From NCBI GenBank assembly GCA_029953675.1, contig JAMWBK010000005.1, positions 1,550,001 through 1,614,000 of the forward strand: a stretch of 64,000 nt of DNA, in the 5' to 3' direction. This document shows, one piece after another, positions 38,080-51,047 of this stretch. Below the pieces are notes generated by a model. That model saw only the letters and a list, made by a program, of their open reading frames with translations, ran no database searches and was not told the origin of the DNA. Positions within the stretch are counted from its first letter, which is position 1; each line of letters starts with the position of its first letter. Source of the stretch: Rhodosorus marinus CCMP1338 (lineage: Eukaryota > Plantae > Rhodophyta). Position numbers and translations under genes: made by a program.

Positions 38080-39941
38080 ATGGCGGCGGCAGATGGGATT
38101 TCGCTGAGGATGGCGGATGGTTTTGGGCCTGGCGAGTTGCAGAAGTCGGATTTGGGGTTGAGCACCGAGATGCTGGACCTGTCCACCTCTGCGTTGGATA
38201 TTTCACGGCTTGCTCTTGAGGAGTCGGAAGTGCTTTCACCATCGACGATTACGTTTTCGAACTGTAGGTCTGCTTCGGAGGATGAGGTACCGAGTGAATG
38301 TGCCTCTGAAGACGACAAAGAGTTTTCGGAGCACAATTCTGGCTACTCCGCAGTTGGCTGCAATGAGCCCGGCAAGCTGAAGACGAGAAGAAAATCATCG
38401 AAGACCCTCTCCACGAAATTCATGCGAAAGCTGGGAATGAAATCTTCTTCTTCTTCTCTTGCAACCGCGTGCGGCGTCGACGATGTACGTGACTGAACGA
38501 CGCAGCTGCTATTCTCAACCCAAGCGAACCATCACGAGATCAAGGCTTATCGCAGATTTTACTCCTATCAACGTAGGAAAAGTACAAAGAGCATTTGGAA
38601 GACCAGCACACAGAGATCTGGACGAAGGAGCTCCTCCCCAATTGGAGCAGAAAGCAAAGCTGTTCTAAAGTTCGTTCGTTGTGCTTCAAGGGAATTCCCT
38701 CCCAGATTCGAGGACAGGTATGAATTATCTTGACGTCAACAATTGACAGTGTTTCGTAGTACTGGAACTAACGAACTAGCTGCATTGGACAAATCATAGG
38801 TGTGGTGCTCTTTGCTCGGGAACAAGCTGAACATCACCGCTGACCTGTTTCAAGTACTGTGCGAGCAAGCGGAAAAGTCAAGAGAGGCGTACGAGGAGGA
38901 GAAAGAGCACATCGAAAACGCTGACGGAGATGTTGGTGGTTTTGGTGGGAAGGCAGAGGAACTTCTCCTGAAGGCCATTTCTACCCACAAGATGATTCTC
39001 CTTGATTTGCCGAGGACGTACCCGGAGCTGGAAATTTTCCGCAATGAAAACAGCCCGTATCGGCAGCATCTTCTTGAGGTTCTTGAGGCGTTTGTTTGCT
39101 TCAGGCCCGAGGTACGATTCGACTGTCCGAAATCGTCATGAGGCAAACGGACTCCTTACAAATCGTTGTTAATCATCCCAATTTTTGCAGGTCGGCTATT
39201 CCCAAGGAATGTCCTTTCTTGCGGCGCTCCTGCTTCTTTACATGGAGCCAGCGGACGCGTTCATGGTCTTCACGAACATTTTGACCTCATCTTGCTTTGT
39301 GAATTTCTACAGAATGAAGATGCCCGAGGTAGGCTTACTCTGAGCAGAACTAGGCGCCTGCCACGCGAATTGCGTAGAAATTTGAGCTGATTGTTTAACC
39401 CCTTGTTTTCGCGACGAAACACAGGTAAAGATGTACATGTATGCTCATGAGAAATTTTTGAAGGAGGAGCTTCCCTATCTGTACAGCCACTTCAAGAAGC
39501 TTGGGATCCATCCAGAAATGTACATGGTGAAGTGGATCATGTGCCTGTTCTGCCAGCTGTTGCCATTGGAGTGTACCTGCAGGATATGGGACTTCTTTTT
39601 CCTCGATGGCGACGTCGCAATTTTTCGAACTGGGTTAGGAATTCTCAAGCTTCTTGAGAAGGACCTTCTGAAGATGTAAGTCCAGTTTCATAACTACCCA
39701 AGACGTTGAAGCCAGCGGAACTAACGCCAACGCTCGCCATTTGTAATGGCGACCTCAAAATTGCAGGTCGTTTGAGCAGATCGCTTACCAACTGTCGCAT
39801 CTACCATCTGACATTGACGAGGATGAGCTCATGCGCTCAGTTCGCAGCGTCCAAGTTGTTACGAACAGGAGGCTGAAGGACCTGTTGAAGGAGGCTTCGT
39901 CCGTATATCGAAAACAAGGATCAAAGAATGAGAACCCTTAA
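38080..39941 (+). CDS. TBC-domain Rab GTPase-activating protein (TBC1D12/14-like)
   Basis: ILLDLPRTYP (IxxDxxR arginine finger), YSQGMSFLAALL (YxQ glutamine finger) after splicing, LYSHFKKLGIHPEMYMVKWIMCLF, RIWDFFFLDG. Confidence 0.9.
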
Positions 39942-40300
39942 AAAGCGAGGCTCAACAGTCTTCGTTTAACTTATACATTTTTGTAGTGAATATTCGCGTG
40001 GAGTAATAGTTTATATTTCCGTTTTCTGACTGCTCTGGCCAGTGGACTGTTGTCCCAGCTTTCCAATTATTATTAAGTAACATTTAAACTGTATCACGGT
40101 CTTAAGCAAAATCGTTAGACAACCGATGAGCTCCTTGATTGCCCAGTCCAAAGCTCCCGCGAAGGAAGTGTTGTTGCTCACGATCAGCATGGCATGGCTT
40201 GCTCTTCCGAAACTATGTGCTCTAGTAAAGGCTCTTAGAACGCTACAGCCAGCACCCGGGCAGCATATCCGAGCTAGTTAGTTTCAAGGCAGCAGAGGAG

Positions 40301-40970
40301 CTACTTCACATCGCCAGACGTATTGTCTTCGCTTCTGGAGAGGTTCGACTCCTTGTGCTCATGGAGGTTTTCTGATCCCTCGGGTTTGTCCTTCCACGCA
40401 GCTCCTTTCTTTTGTTTTTTTAGCTCCATCTGCCTCTGCCTTTTCTTCTTGCGCTTCTGAGCCCTGTTTTTGTTGTTGAAAGGGAATGGTTTAATGGCGT
40501 GAGCACTTGGTTCAAGGTGCTTTTATGTCTTGCCACAACCGCACCTCTTCCTAGTTTTTTCCTCCTCCACTTCCTTCTTTTTCACCAGCTCCTCTTCAAA
40601 CTTTCGATCTTTTTCAATCTACGTGATGGTACTATGTTAGTTCCAGCCTGAGAACTAGACTTTCTTAGCGTTCGTGACCATTGCTTACATCAACAGACTG
40701 TTTCTCAAGTTTCTCAATCCTGAACAGCTCCTTCCGTCTCTGGTTTCGGTAAACATGAAAATCCCCACTTCCCGCACCAGCAGTAGATCCAGAAACATTT
40801 TTAGCCTGCGTTAAACCGAATCATTAGAACTCATCGCAAGAAGAACCTAAAATCTTTACTACTCCGAAACTCAAAATACTTACAACCACCTCCCGAGGAT
40901 CAAAGGGAAGCAAACTCGCATCCCAGACGCCGCTCTTCGGCGCGGTTTCCTTGTCGCCCTCATCCGCCAT
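40301..40970 (-). CDS. PRKRIP1: PRKR-interacting protein 1 homolog (DUF1168; spliceosomal C* factor)
   Basis: Spliced exons give NVSGSTAGAGSGDFHVYRNQRRKELFRIEKL followed by a Lys/Arg/Glu-rich tail (KNRARRRKRQRQ). Confidence 0.85.
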
Positions 40971-41099
40971 CGTTTCTTCCTCGCTGTCACTTGACAATTT
41001 CAATTGCCTGAGACCAAAAACAGAACACCACCAGCTATGAGTTGCTTTCGTTTCAGACCTCCCCACGTCTTCTTCATCAAACATATATCGTCATGGTAG

Positions 41100-42050
41100 T
41101 TGGAACGCAAGCGATGCACTTGAAGATGGTGGAGTTCTACGGCAGCCTGCTTTTGGTCAGGCTCGAACTTTTACAAGGGGCGCTTACTTTCCATGGTGAA
41201 GAAGAAGCAGGCCATTGCAGCGCTTACTAGCCTCGGCCAGAAAGCTGGCGCAACGTTCTGGTGAAACCATGCTTCAGGGTGATCTGTACCTACCTTTGGC
41301 GCTGGGGTTTGGCCTAGCTGCCAGAGGCGGATGGGAGAGCATGCACGGACTGCACAAGGCGTTTTCAAAGGATTGTTCAGTCGTTTTAAGTAATAACCAC
41401 GGCGTCGGTGGTCGAAAGCATGATAATGGGACTGACTTGTCGGCGTGACGAAGTATTCCAAGGTCTGCATGAACTCGACAGCTTGCTTCTGATCGGCAGC
41501 ATCCATCCTCTTGGTGGCAGCTATGCATTGGGTTCAATACAAACGCTGGTCTAGTTCTAGAAGTTAATGCGGGGCCGTGCACTGCTCTCAATCCGCTCCA
41601 CAAGTTTTGGTCGTGCGGTGGCATGGTCGGCGAATTGTTGTGGGAAACATACGTTTGGCCATCTGGTTGAACGCTTGAAATGATATCTCCCCTCCTGTGA
41701 GCAAATTGAATGCTAAAAACAGCAGCCATGTTTGAGCGCGTCTTTGTGCCCTCTGGTGATGAGATCCCCAGCAGTACCAGAGGCGAGAACGGAAACGACG
41801 AAAACAACAGAGCTGCCGGCAGCTAGCTCCATCGTCCTCATCGCAGCGGGTGCATGTGGTTCCTGTCAGGTCTTTGCTAGAAGAAACGTTCTGACCGCTT
41901 GCTCATCGTAAGTCAAGAGCGGAAATCTACATGCGTTCCAGTTCCCGATCGGAGAGCATCATCGTTGCTTTGAGTTCCTTCGTTAGTCTTTTTACACTGC
42001 CTGAAGCTGTCGACAATTTTTCGCCGGGTGGTGGGAAGCTACTGGTTCCG
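41100..42050 (-). CDS. Probable multi-exon hypothetical gene; structure unresolved
   Basis: Several minus-strand open pieces with splice signals, e.g. VKRLTKELKATMMLSDRELERI and AADQKQAVEFMQTLEYFVTP. Confidence 0.25.
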
Positions 42051-42164
42051 CCCTACCAATCGATCTAGTTGTACATTGCTTAGTGATTAGTTTTCAGCTT
42101 CTTCGAAGCCTTCGCATACTTCCCCTCCAGCAGGTTCGACGATAGGTTTGACGATAGGTTTGCG

Positions 42165-43838
42165 CTACTCTTTGCGCCACGATTTCCATTTTTTTCTGTT
42201 TGGGTAGTTTAGGGACGATACACGATTAGCACTTTTCAGAGAATTTCGCAGATACTCTTTGCCATCTATGAAAAGTTCTACGCAGCAGCGACACGTACTG
42301 ACTTTGGTCGCCCAACCAGTATCCTTATTTGGGTCCAGTGGTGTCACTGGTCTAGGCTTGTACGGGTCTCCGTTTACCAAAGCGCATCTTTTCGGCAACG
42401 GTTCCTCCTACAAGACGAAACGCGGAGAGAATGAAAGGCAGGGGCGATCAGAATCAATACAAACGGACGCGACTTAAGAATGGGGGAGCGTACCCTGAAG
42501 AACTCATGTTCTAGCGCTTGCTCGGCTGTAATCCGCTTTGACGGATCATACTCAAGCAATTTGGAAAGGAGGTCAAAGCCAGATGTCCCTGGTCTAAGGG
42601 CTGGTACTCGTTCATGCAAGATGTTCTTACTCTCCCTCCAGTTCTGCGCTTCGTTCCTGAGAAAGATTTTAGAGCGTGAGACATGAGTAAATAGAAAGTA
42701 ATTCGAGAGGCAGATGCTCTTGTTGTGTCTGAAAACGCGCGTACCAGTGCTGCAAGTCCACGATCCCGGGCCACTCCTTCTGAGTAGGTTTGCCAAGAAT
42801 TCTAAAAATCTGGGATACTTGATCCGACTGGAACGGATTCCGATCCTCTCCTTTCCGAATCTTTTCTTGACCTTGAAATAGAGGTTTGCTCGTGATGAGC
42901 TCCGCAAATATGCACCCGATTGCCCAAATGTCAACAGCCTTCGTGTAGTGTTTTGCCCCTGCCAGTGGACACCGAGGAAATGGTCTCAGCGGTGAGGAGC
43001 CCACTCCTGAAGGAAACATCTAGGACCCACATACCTAACAGTAGCTCTGGTGCTCTGTACCAAATTGTCACTACAACACTGTCCACATCTGTGAATGGAC
43101 GAAGCGGTGCTTGGAACAGTCTTGCAAGACCAAAGTCTGCTATCTTCACACATCCCTGTTCTTCAACAGGTTTGTCCGAGCCGGTGACAAGAATGTTGGA
43201 AGGCTTCAAGTCTCTGTGGATAACCCAATTTTTGTGCAGGTAGTTGATCCCCTGCAAAATCTGCCACAATAAGGACTTAACAGTTACCGGATCCATTCCA
43301 GCTCCCTACAACGGCGCGTGGAGAGCAAAGGAATCAGTTGCCTCGGATTTTCCACAGGTGAGAGCTGTACGCTGGAAATTACCTGATGAGCATGATTGCT
43401 TCTGATCATTTCGAGGAGGTCATGATCCGCGTAGTCAAAAACGAGATACAGAGCCTTGTCATCGGGATCAAGCATCACATCCATCAAGTCGACAATGTAA
43501 TCGTGTGAGAGCTCTCGAAGGAGCTTGATCTCTCGGATAGCCGTCGGAGAGATACCATCCCCACTTCTAAAAGACTTAAACTTCTTTACAGCCACAGAGC
43601 GCTTCGCCACTGCCACTTCACCTTCAGCGATCACCTGGGCCTTGTACACTAGTCCATACGTTCCTTCCCCAATCTTCCCGATAGGATCATACTTGTCTCT
43701 ACAAACCGAGGACAAAAACAAAGCCAGTGAAGAACCGTAGAGTTGAGTTACAGGTGCAGGGCTCGTGAAATACCCTCCGCCAAAACCTAAAAACAGGAGA
43801 AGTCTTCCTTACCGGAGAGACTTTCTCAACATCGTCAT
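42165..43838 (-). CDS. CDK8: Cyclin-dependent kinase 8/E (Mediator kinase module)
   Basis: [14 protein letters not shown], cyclin-binding helix [68 protein letters not shown]. The 3' end is approximate. Confidence 0.92.
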
Positions 43839-44444
43839 CTCAAAGGATTCATCAGCACTTGAATGAAACGCTTGCTTTAGACGGTGATCTCATCTTATTT
43901 CAGTTATAGAAAAGGTTACAGAAAAACAAGTCCCAAGGCGTCTCTAGTCAAAAACTAAAATGAAAAGTCCAGTGATCTACTTCAGCTCCTGCATCAGCTT
44001 GGAATCTCACCCGCCCCCTGCTCCTCAGCTCCTTCCTCAGCATTTACATTGTATAAAGAGCTGCCGGTGAGAGAAGAGACGATGGGAGTCGAGGGGAGGA
44101 AGGGGACTGGAGAGTATGTAGCTGTAGAAGACAATTTCATCATTCTCTTTATCTGTACATTTAGGTTTTGGTTAGATAGTGTGCTTAAGTTCACCTTCTT
44201 AAGGTCTCTTTGAAGCGTACTTTTTAAAGGGGGGGGGAGGTTCTTAGGTGAATTTTTTTTGGTCGCAATTCGTGTTTCTGGCCCCACGCGCAAGTACGGG
44301 AACAGGATTGCACTAGGTCGAGTTTGAGAGTACACGTTGTCGCTAGTCTTTCGATAAGGGGTGCTCGCTTAGGAATCTCTTGCTTTTGGATTGTTTGGTG
44401 GGATTTCGCTGAGGCGATTCACAGTTTTTGTGGTTTAGTGAGAA

Positions 44445-45067
44445 ATGTCGTATCTACTGCCCCGTAAGCTCTCAATTGTCGAAGTCTAGTTTCCTGTGGT
44501 TGGTTGTACGTACGAAACTGAGAATTTTATCCTTCGTTTGGCCTTACTCTAGATTTACGAAGCGGCTGGGCGGTTGACCAGGCGATTTTGACCGAGGAGA
44601 ATAGAGCTGTCGTTTGTAGGTTTGGGTCCGACACTGATCCGACATGTATGTTGATGGACGAGACACTATTCAAGGCCGCTGAGAAAGTTAAAAACTTTGC
44701 TGTCATATACCTCGTCGACATTCAGGAGGTCCCGGACTTCAACTCCATGTACGAACTTTATGATCCGTGTACAATCATGTTTTTCTTCCGGAACAAGCAT
44801 ATTATGGTGGATCTCGGAACTGGAAACAATAACAAGATCAACTGGCCCTTGCAAGATGTGCAAGAGTTCATAGACATTGTGGAGGTAGGGTTCAGCATCC
44901 GTTCTGGTGGGAATTCGTTGACGTTCACATCAATGCCAACAGTTTTCATTAACCACCGTGGTGTCGCTTATGCTTGCTCGTAACCGTAGGTTGTGTACAG
45001 AGGTGCTCGAAAAGGGAGAGGTTTGGTCATCTCTCCGAAGGACTATTCGACCAAGTACCGTTACTAG
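44445..45067 (+). CDS. TXNL4A: U5 snRNP thioredoxin-like protein Dim1
   Basis: MSYLLP/HLRSGWAVDQAILTEENRAVVCRFG, FFFRNKHIMVDLGTGNNNKINW, RGARKGRGLVISPKDYSTKYRY. Two introns. Confidence 0.97.
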
Positions 45068-45165
45068 GTGTTCACCCAAGAACGGTCAAATTCAACTTGT
45101 TCTCTCTCGAGCTCTGAAGCTCTTCTTTATTTACATTCGTTCTTGATAAATTTCGTCGTACTCTC

Positions 45166-48100
45166 TCACTGGAAAAAGCAGCTTTGCACAATTAGGTTAA
45201 GATTAGTATGGAGGGCGGAAGAACCTAAGTCACGAGTGCTCGCAGCAAGTCGGACAATCCCCTCCAGGGCCGAACGTGCGGTGGGACTCGATCCACGCCA
45301 CAAATTTCTAGCCTCAATTCCAACGTCGTCCTCCCTGTGCACCAGCTCCACGGTGAACTCGGGTATACCAAGTGCTCGCAACACGTAACAGAGGACTGAC
45401 CGAAACTCTTCCGCAGAATATATCTGCTCATCAACAGCTGGTTCACTATGGGAGCTCATCAGTCTTTGAGAAAGGGTGAGCGCCAGGGAGGCTAGTTCGT
45501 CCGACAAGCTTTCCTATGTTCCGTACACACAGGAAAGAAATTATAAGAAAACTGGTGAGCGTCAGCAAGCTCTTTCAGCGCGCCGCCGATAGGATACCTT
45601 GTAGCGTGCCGAGGAAACCACGCCTGGGGCGTATTCACCACCCTCCAGCTTCCGGATGGCAGACAGCAATGCTCTCCAACATACAGCATCGAACCCGTCC
45701 ACTGCAGTGCAGGGCCTAGTTCTGGAGGGTACGGGAAGCCGTGCAAGTGACCGACAAGCACCTATGCATACCTTGCAGTTGCCAGAATCTCTCAGCGCAG
45801 CGCTGAGCCCTTGCAGTGCAGCCTCCCAAGCACGATCTGCTTCGTGCGGTATGACCGGAGCAAGCGCATGACACGCGTTCCACCTAACTTTGACGTGTTG
45901 CTGCTGATCTGCTGCAGAGGCTGACACGACTTCCACCAATAGGTCCAGCTCGTTTCTTTCCTGCTCCTGGAAAAGCTTATCGATCAGAGCCGCGGCTGCT
46001 CTCATCGCTGCAGCGCGAATCGTCCAGGAGCTGCAGGATAATCCGTCATGAACAGCGTTGGCTATCTGGGCGTACTCGGAATCCGTGAAATGCCCAGCTT
46101 CAACCAACGACGAAAGGCTCGTTAAGCTTCTCGCACGAATATCAGATTGGCTCTCCCTAGCGCCGCTAAGTATGACCTGGTAGCACGCGTTGAACGAGTT
46201 CCGAATTCCAGAAAACCTCTCAAAGCCTTTGATGTACAAATGAGGTCGTTCAGTCATCCGTGAGGTGTTTATCGGAGATAGTTTTCGCCGATGGAAAGGC
46301 CTTACCAACTAGGTCGCCGATGGCAGAAACTGCGACTGCTCTTACGCGAAGGTCCTTGTCCGAGGCACCGCTCAATATAGTCGTTGAGACCTCTTTCGCA
46401 GTGCTGGCATCCAGCAATTGAAAAGAATCGTTGGGTATCGTTGCTAGAACTGCTATGGATGTCGCTCGTACGCTATGGAAAGAATCCCGAGCAGCCGCCC
46501 GCAGTTGCACAGAGATCACTTCCCACCACCAACCAGGAGTCAGAAAGCTTTCTCGAGAAGCCGCCATGTTCTTGATGCACCGAACAGCATGCAGCCTCAA
46601 CGCTTGAGTCTGGTTCACATCTAGAGCATCTGCAAGCAGAGAGCTTACAAAGTGCCAATGCTCCCCTATTTCAACGGCGTAGTTGATGCACATGGACTCT
46701 ATGCCAAGTACAATCTCTGCTCGAGGAACAGATGGATCCGGATTATAGTACAAGGACGAAAATGACGATAGTAGACCAGCAGGATGACCTGGAGATGGGC
46801 GAAAAGAGTTTAGGTCCCAGAGAAGTCCGCCCAAGATATTGCCTTTTTCGATGACGCTTACGAATACGTTCGGCCAGAAATCCACTTGACGGTGCGGCGT
46901 GGGCGTAGTGCGTGGCGATCGAAGAAAGTGCTCCGGCTCTAACTGTTGCATCTGTTGACGGGCTAAAGCAAAGCCCTTCGAGCTCATTCATCAGCTCCAG
47001 AGACATAGTTTCTGAAATGGAAGGAGGTGGAGCGCTTATCGCAAGCGTACTCGCACACCGCACCACCTGAGCAAGCACTGTTGGATTTGTCTCATCCTTC
47101 AGGGATTGAGTCAAAACGTGGCAAGCTGCTTCCGCGTTCTTCGTCATCTTTTCGGAGAGGCTCATGAAGGAGGTCCTAGCTTGGGTACCCCCACCACGAG
47201 AATCTGTACTCGATTTCAATGGTTGAGTGAACAGCTTCCGCGAACGACTGATCATCTTTCCAAGGGCTCCTAACGCAGCTCCTCTTATCTGCGGAGAGCT
47301 GAGTGGAAGGTAAAATCTCATGGCCTCAGCGAGGTGCCGCAATTTTTTTCAATCCTTCGGGCGCTTCCTTTCGAAAGGTACTTCCTTACCTATTAGTCAA
47401 GATTAGCGATGCAAGAACCTGCTCGTCATGAGACTCATTATCACCGTATCCGCAAGGAAGAAATAGTGCCCACGCCGTGGCGGCTGCATCAGGTAGCTGC
47501 TTCATAAACGCGGTGAGCACGTTCAGAACCGCTAGTATCTCTCCTTCGTAGAGATGAGCCGGATCGAGCCCGTTCCGCCTGCTGAGCTTTTGACTAGTTG
47601 ATCCAGTGTTCAGGCTGAGAAGGATCTAAAAGGGGTTCAATTGAAGTTCGACAGAGCCAGAGAACCGAAGAGAACCGACTGTACCTCGTGAAGCGTCTCG
47701 CTTATTGATCTGGTGAATCCCGACGGTTCCTGAGTTTTGTTCAAGCTTGGTATGAGCTCAGCCATTTCATCAAGAGCGAGTATCGCCGCTTTAGTGTTGA
47801 TACCAATAGCCTTTTGAACGACTTGCTGAAGCGACACTATGGCAGTGAATGGTTGACTTTTCTGCAACTTTTTCAAGTCACAGAGCAAGCGAGATTGCTC
47901 GAGAACGTCTTGAGAAGTCAGCGCTAGTTTTCCCAGGCTTTTGGCACACGAAGCGATCGCCATCTCATCTTCAATGCTAAGCAACTGCTTTTTCGCCAGT
48001 GCAAGCAGAATTTGCGCGCAAATTTGATCTCGAGGAAATCCCAGTAGAATGGAAACCAGCGCACCAGTCGCCTTCGTTGAGAACACTGAAGACCTGAATC

Positions 48101-48459
48101 ACATGAAATCAGAACACAATTCGAAGTGTGAATACTTCAAGTCGCTGAACCGTTGAGGTTGTTCTATGCCCTCAGTACCTCGGTAAGTTCCCCGCAATCT
48201 GCAGCATGATTCTGAAAACTGGGGAAATATTCTCCAATGGATGTTCTACGGCGAATCGCGCCATGTCCATGAGAAGGACCTCCGTGTCCTGCGAGCTCCG
48301 GGCCCTTTCTTCCGCCGCTCTGCAGAAATCTTTCACAACCAAGTCATCTGGGAGCCCGGATAACGGCTCATTCAGTATGACGTTCAAGTGACTTAGTTCT
48401 CGTAAGCAATTCGACCTCGGCCGAAGCATATCGTCATCCCCTTCACCAAGTTCCATCAT
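45166..48459 (-). CDS. HEATR6: HEAT repeat protein, HEATR6-like (DUF4042), multi-exon
   Basis: HEAT repeats IRGAALGALGKM, VRATSIAVL, VRAVAVSAIG, IRAAAMRAAAAL, and HEATR6-type KVRWNACHAL and NCKVCIGACRSL. Confidence 0.7.
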
Positions 48460-51047
48460 GGAACCTGTGGGCCCTGCTCAGGTCTCACAAAACTTTTGTT
48501 CCTCAGCACATCTCCATAGATTCTGAATCAGAAATAAATACTAAATCCCGGAAGGATCATACAATGATCGGAGACGACTCCGTTTGCACTGGCTGCCTTC
48601 TGCTTCACTCTCCCCGACAAAGAGTGGCGCGCTTCCTTCCGTGAATGGCCAATAAATACCTCGCCGTTATTTTCCCGCGGTTTTTCAAATTTTGAAAAGA
48701 AACAACTGTCTTTTGACTAGAATTTCATCGTCTGCGCCTACTATAAAGCAGGAGGGATTCGGTGTGCAGGTTCAGGTCTGAAGGCGAGAACTAGGATAAG
48801 AATTGATCGGTTCTGCATACTGCTCGTGGGAAAAGAAAGTTTTGCAGCTGGTAGTCTGTGTCTCATGATCAACGTAATTGTCTACATTCAGTGTTTTCCC
48901 GCGACTGTTGGGCATATCCGGGTATGGAATATCTACTTCCAGGCGATGCCCGTGAAGCATCCGTGTACAGCCTTCCCTTTGCCTTGCTAGCACTTTCGGT
49001 CTTAGTTTGCAAAACTTCATCTTCCGTGCTCCTTAGGGCTTCAGGATACGTTTTGCCTGAACTCAATCCCTTCACCCTTGGTGTGCAACTCCCATCGACA
49101 GCTTCAGTACTGCGAATGGAATATCTGGTCGAGTACGCTGCGCCAAATGCATTGCACAGCCTATCAGCTCCCTGAAGGGCACATCCTTTGATTTTGTCAT
49201 CAGCACTGCCGTAACCACCTCCTGTACTTTCATCCTCCAAGGAAACTTGACGAGCGAGAATTGTAGTTACACCTACATCAATATAAATGCGTCAAATCTG
49301 TTTTGGAGCGTCTCAATAAGTTCGATTGCAGGCCTGGCGACGCCGGCTTTGAAGGGCGAAAGTACAGGAGCAGGTTGCAGCGGTGCTGATGACAAGATAC
49401 TTGACGAGCTTAGTTCATAGGTAGCCTATTCGCGGTAAGCAGCACTTTCACTATTTCTTGTCCGATTCCATGGCGCGGTATCAGTTTGCGAGAATGGAGT
49501 ACATAGTAAAGTGCTGGTGTCTATTGCGCCTGCTGTTCGCGTCCATTCTGGCGAACGGAATTCCAACTCCGCCGTGACCGCCTAAGCTAATCCTTAGTGC
49601 GTTCGTAACTTCAGGGCCTCAGGGTCTATAACAAGCTCCTTGACATGTTCGTCGTTTATATCCAAGTCCTCGCCCCTGGATTCAGCCCTCTGTGCTGCGA
49701 TTCCATCGCAGTACCTTTCCGAGCGGCATCCGGAAGCGAAGAGTTTGTGTTTGCGAGGGAGTTTTCTCTTTGCCTGAGGTTAAGACATTTCCACGCAGAG
49801 CAATACCCGCTTCGCGCAAGTGATCAAGGGTCCCGGGGAAAGTCATCGTTTTAAGAGAACATTACGTTCAGGGAGTTAGTGTCGCAGGCAAAGGCCAAGC
49901 CCTTGAGCCAAGCTCAAACTGTTCACAAGAACAACATACACACGGGCGCGTGTGAAGTGCGTGTTATGGCGAATGAACGCCGTATTGTTGTTTGCGAAGC
50001 TTAACATGCGTCTTCGCTAGTTTTTTGGTCTCAGAGTGTATAGCCTCTGACAAATGCACCTGTCTGGTCTTCATGTTCCCTGCCGAGTTCGCAACATATG
50101 GGTTCAGTGAACCTCCAAATCGATACTGACGTTTCATTGATCTATTTTCTTCAGAAATAGTAGATAGATTATCACAATATTTTGTAATAATTACAATGTG
50201 TTTTAGTCCGAACATCATTGAATTTAAGAAATTTATAGATTGTTGCGAGCTCGGCGCCGAATGATCTAAATTTAGCCGTATTTCATTCTCTACGAGACGG
50301 TCCAGTAACGTCGTTGCATTCGGCCGTGGATCTTTCTCTGTGCCTTGCGGAGTTGAAACAGAAACAGAGCTCAAACAAGCCCTGAGACAATAAACGGATG
50401 GAGTATTTAGCTAGCTTTTGTTTTCAATGGTTGCACCCATCCGATTTTCGTTTCCTCACTCTCTCGGCGTTTGAGGCAGAGCCCATGTATCTCTATCAGA
50501 GGTGGCTGTGAACTTCAGCGCTCGAATTACGCTGAAGTCTAAGGCTTTTGATGGGACGCATATCAGGCCTTTTGATCCCAAGATTGGAGATGCTATTCAC
50601 GCCAACGTCGCAGGACCCTCGGCAAGATGCGTTCTTGACGCTCTCCAGCAACGGAGCTGAAGAGCTTACTTTTTTTTGCCGTTGCCAGAAGACAGAACCT
50701 TCGCATTCGCAAGACCAAATAATGTGGAAGAGGCAATTAATGATGAACACCGGGACTCTTGTTTCACCTAGGGTCCACGGTGCGGACACTCCCGTGCTGT
50801 CGAGCCCTGTATCAAGTCCCGCAGGCGCTTCACACGGATGTCATAGTCTTTAAAAGACGAAACTGGCGTCTGTGAACTTGGGTTTTGAAGTCAACGGCAG
50901 AGACAAAGCTTTCTGCGGGTTTTTCTGCTTCGGATAAGCTGCTGTACAGGACCGAAGCTCACACATGCTCGATTAGTATGTATTGTATTAGCTCAGAGAA
51001 CTAAGTGCGCTGATTACTGTCGTTTTTTGCAGTGGTTGGGAGGAGAA

